Assembly: GCA_021776095.1 (NCBI GenBank)
Contig: JAJFGO010000058.1
Location: 6,652 to 70,651, forward strand
Direction of reading: 5' to 3'
Source: Kiloniellaceae bacterium
GTDB taxonomy: Bacteria > Pseudomonadota > Alphaproteobacteria > Kiloniellales > J153
Length of the DNA stretch: 64,000 bases
A program made the position numbers and the translations under genes. Under the pieces are notes generated by a model, which saw only the letters and a list, made by a program, of their open reading frames with translations, was not told where the DNA came from and ran no database searches. The first letter of the stretch is position 1, and each line of letters starts with the position of its first letter. This document shows, piece after piece, positions 63,953-64,000 of this stretch.

Positions 63953-64000
63953 ATGAACCAACCGAAACAACTTTCCGGCGTGTTCGCCCCGGTCATCACG
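63953..64000 (+). CDS. Start of a DHDPS-family (DapA-like) gene, truncated by the window edge
   Basis: ATG with ACGAGG about 10 nt upstream. MNQPKQLSGVFAPVIT resembles the GVF..(I/V)TPF N-terminus of DapA-family proteins. Only 16 codons are visible. Confidence 0.3.
   Translation, partial: MNQPKQLSGVFAPVIT

Noticed and set aside
63748-63999. 83-aa minus-strand ORF overlapping the ankyrin gene start
   Set aside because: It is Pro/Arg-rich and low-complexity, and it lies in what looks like a divergent promoter region between the ankyrin gene and the DapA-like start at 63953.
1-64000. Looked for CRISPR arrays, transposases/integrases, toxin-antitoxin pairs, restriction-modification or other defence genes, rRNA/tRNA
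   Set aside because: None was found. The only repeats are the CTAGAGC-type palindromes and short operator-like dyads, and all large ORFs with motifs are metabolic or transport genes.

Overview
Visibly GC-rich chromosomal segment that looks alphaproteobacterial (inferred from twin-arginine solute-binding proteins, many Liv-type ABC operons and CTAGAGC-type palindromic repeats). It is densely packed with catabolic and transport operons. I found no rRNA, tRNA, CRISPR, transposase, integrase or recognisable phage or defence genes. Left to right: CoA-transferase AB, a Pot-type ABC importer and a bona fide-looking creatinase (one minus-strand unit). Two unknown membrane proteins. A Liv-type ABC importer ending in an enamidase gene, converging on a Mo-hydroxylase / 6-hydroxynicotinate reductase / UPF0280 / 2x AA_synth operon (anaerobe-style nicotinate route). 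A DHDPS-family aldolase and a 164-bp MITE-like element. An SxtI/J/K-like carbamoyltransferase module. An amidohydrolase. A sugar-type ABC importer fused to a complete PTS-dependent dihydroxyacetone kinase system (dhaL-dhaM-HPr-EI-XRE-dhaK). A serine-cycle-like module (sga, mtkAB) with a divergent LysR regulator. An SDR and a homocysteine methyltransferase. A copA-cueR-cytochrome c operon with a textbook CueR operator. Trimethylamine monooxygenase, divergent from a second Liv-type ABC operon. A PQQ dehydrogenase with a lanthanide-type D-x-D signature, a dihaem cytochrome c, non-canonical accessory genes and a periplasmic ankyrin protein. The best candidates for undescribed biology are three. 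First, the conserved unknown trio translationally coupled to hnr. Second, the membrane-associated carbamoyltransferase trio of unknown substrate. Third, the PQQ-ADH accessory set, in which a DMT permease replaces the expected ABC membrane parts. Most long ORFs antisense to these genes are GC-driven artefacts. All functional calls rest on my recognition of motifs and families; no database search was possible.
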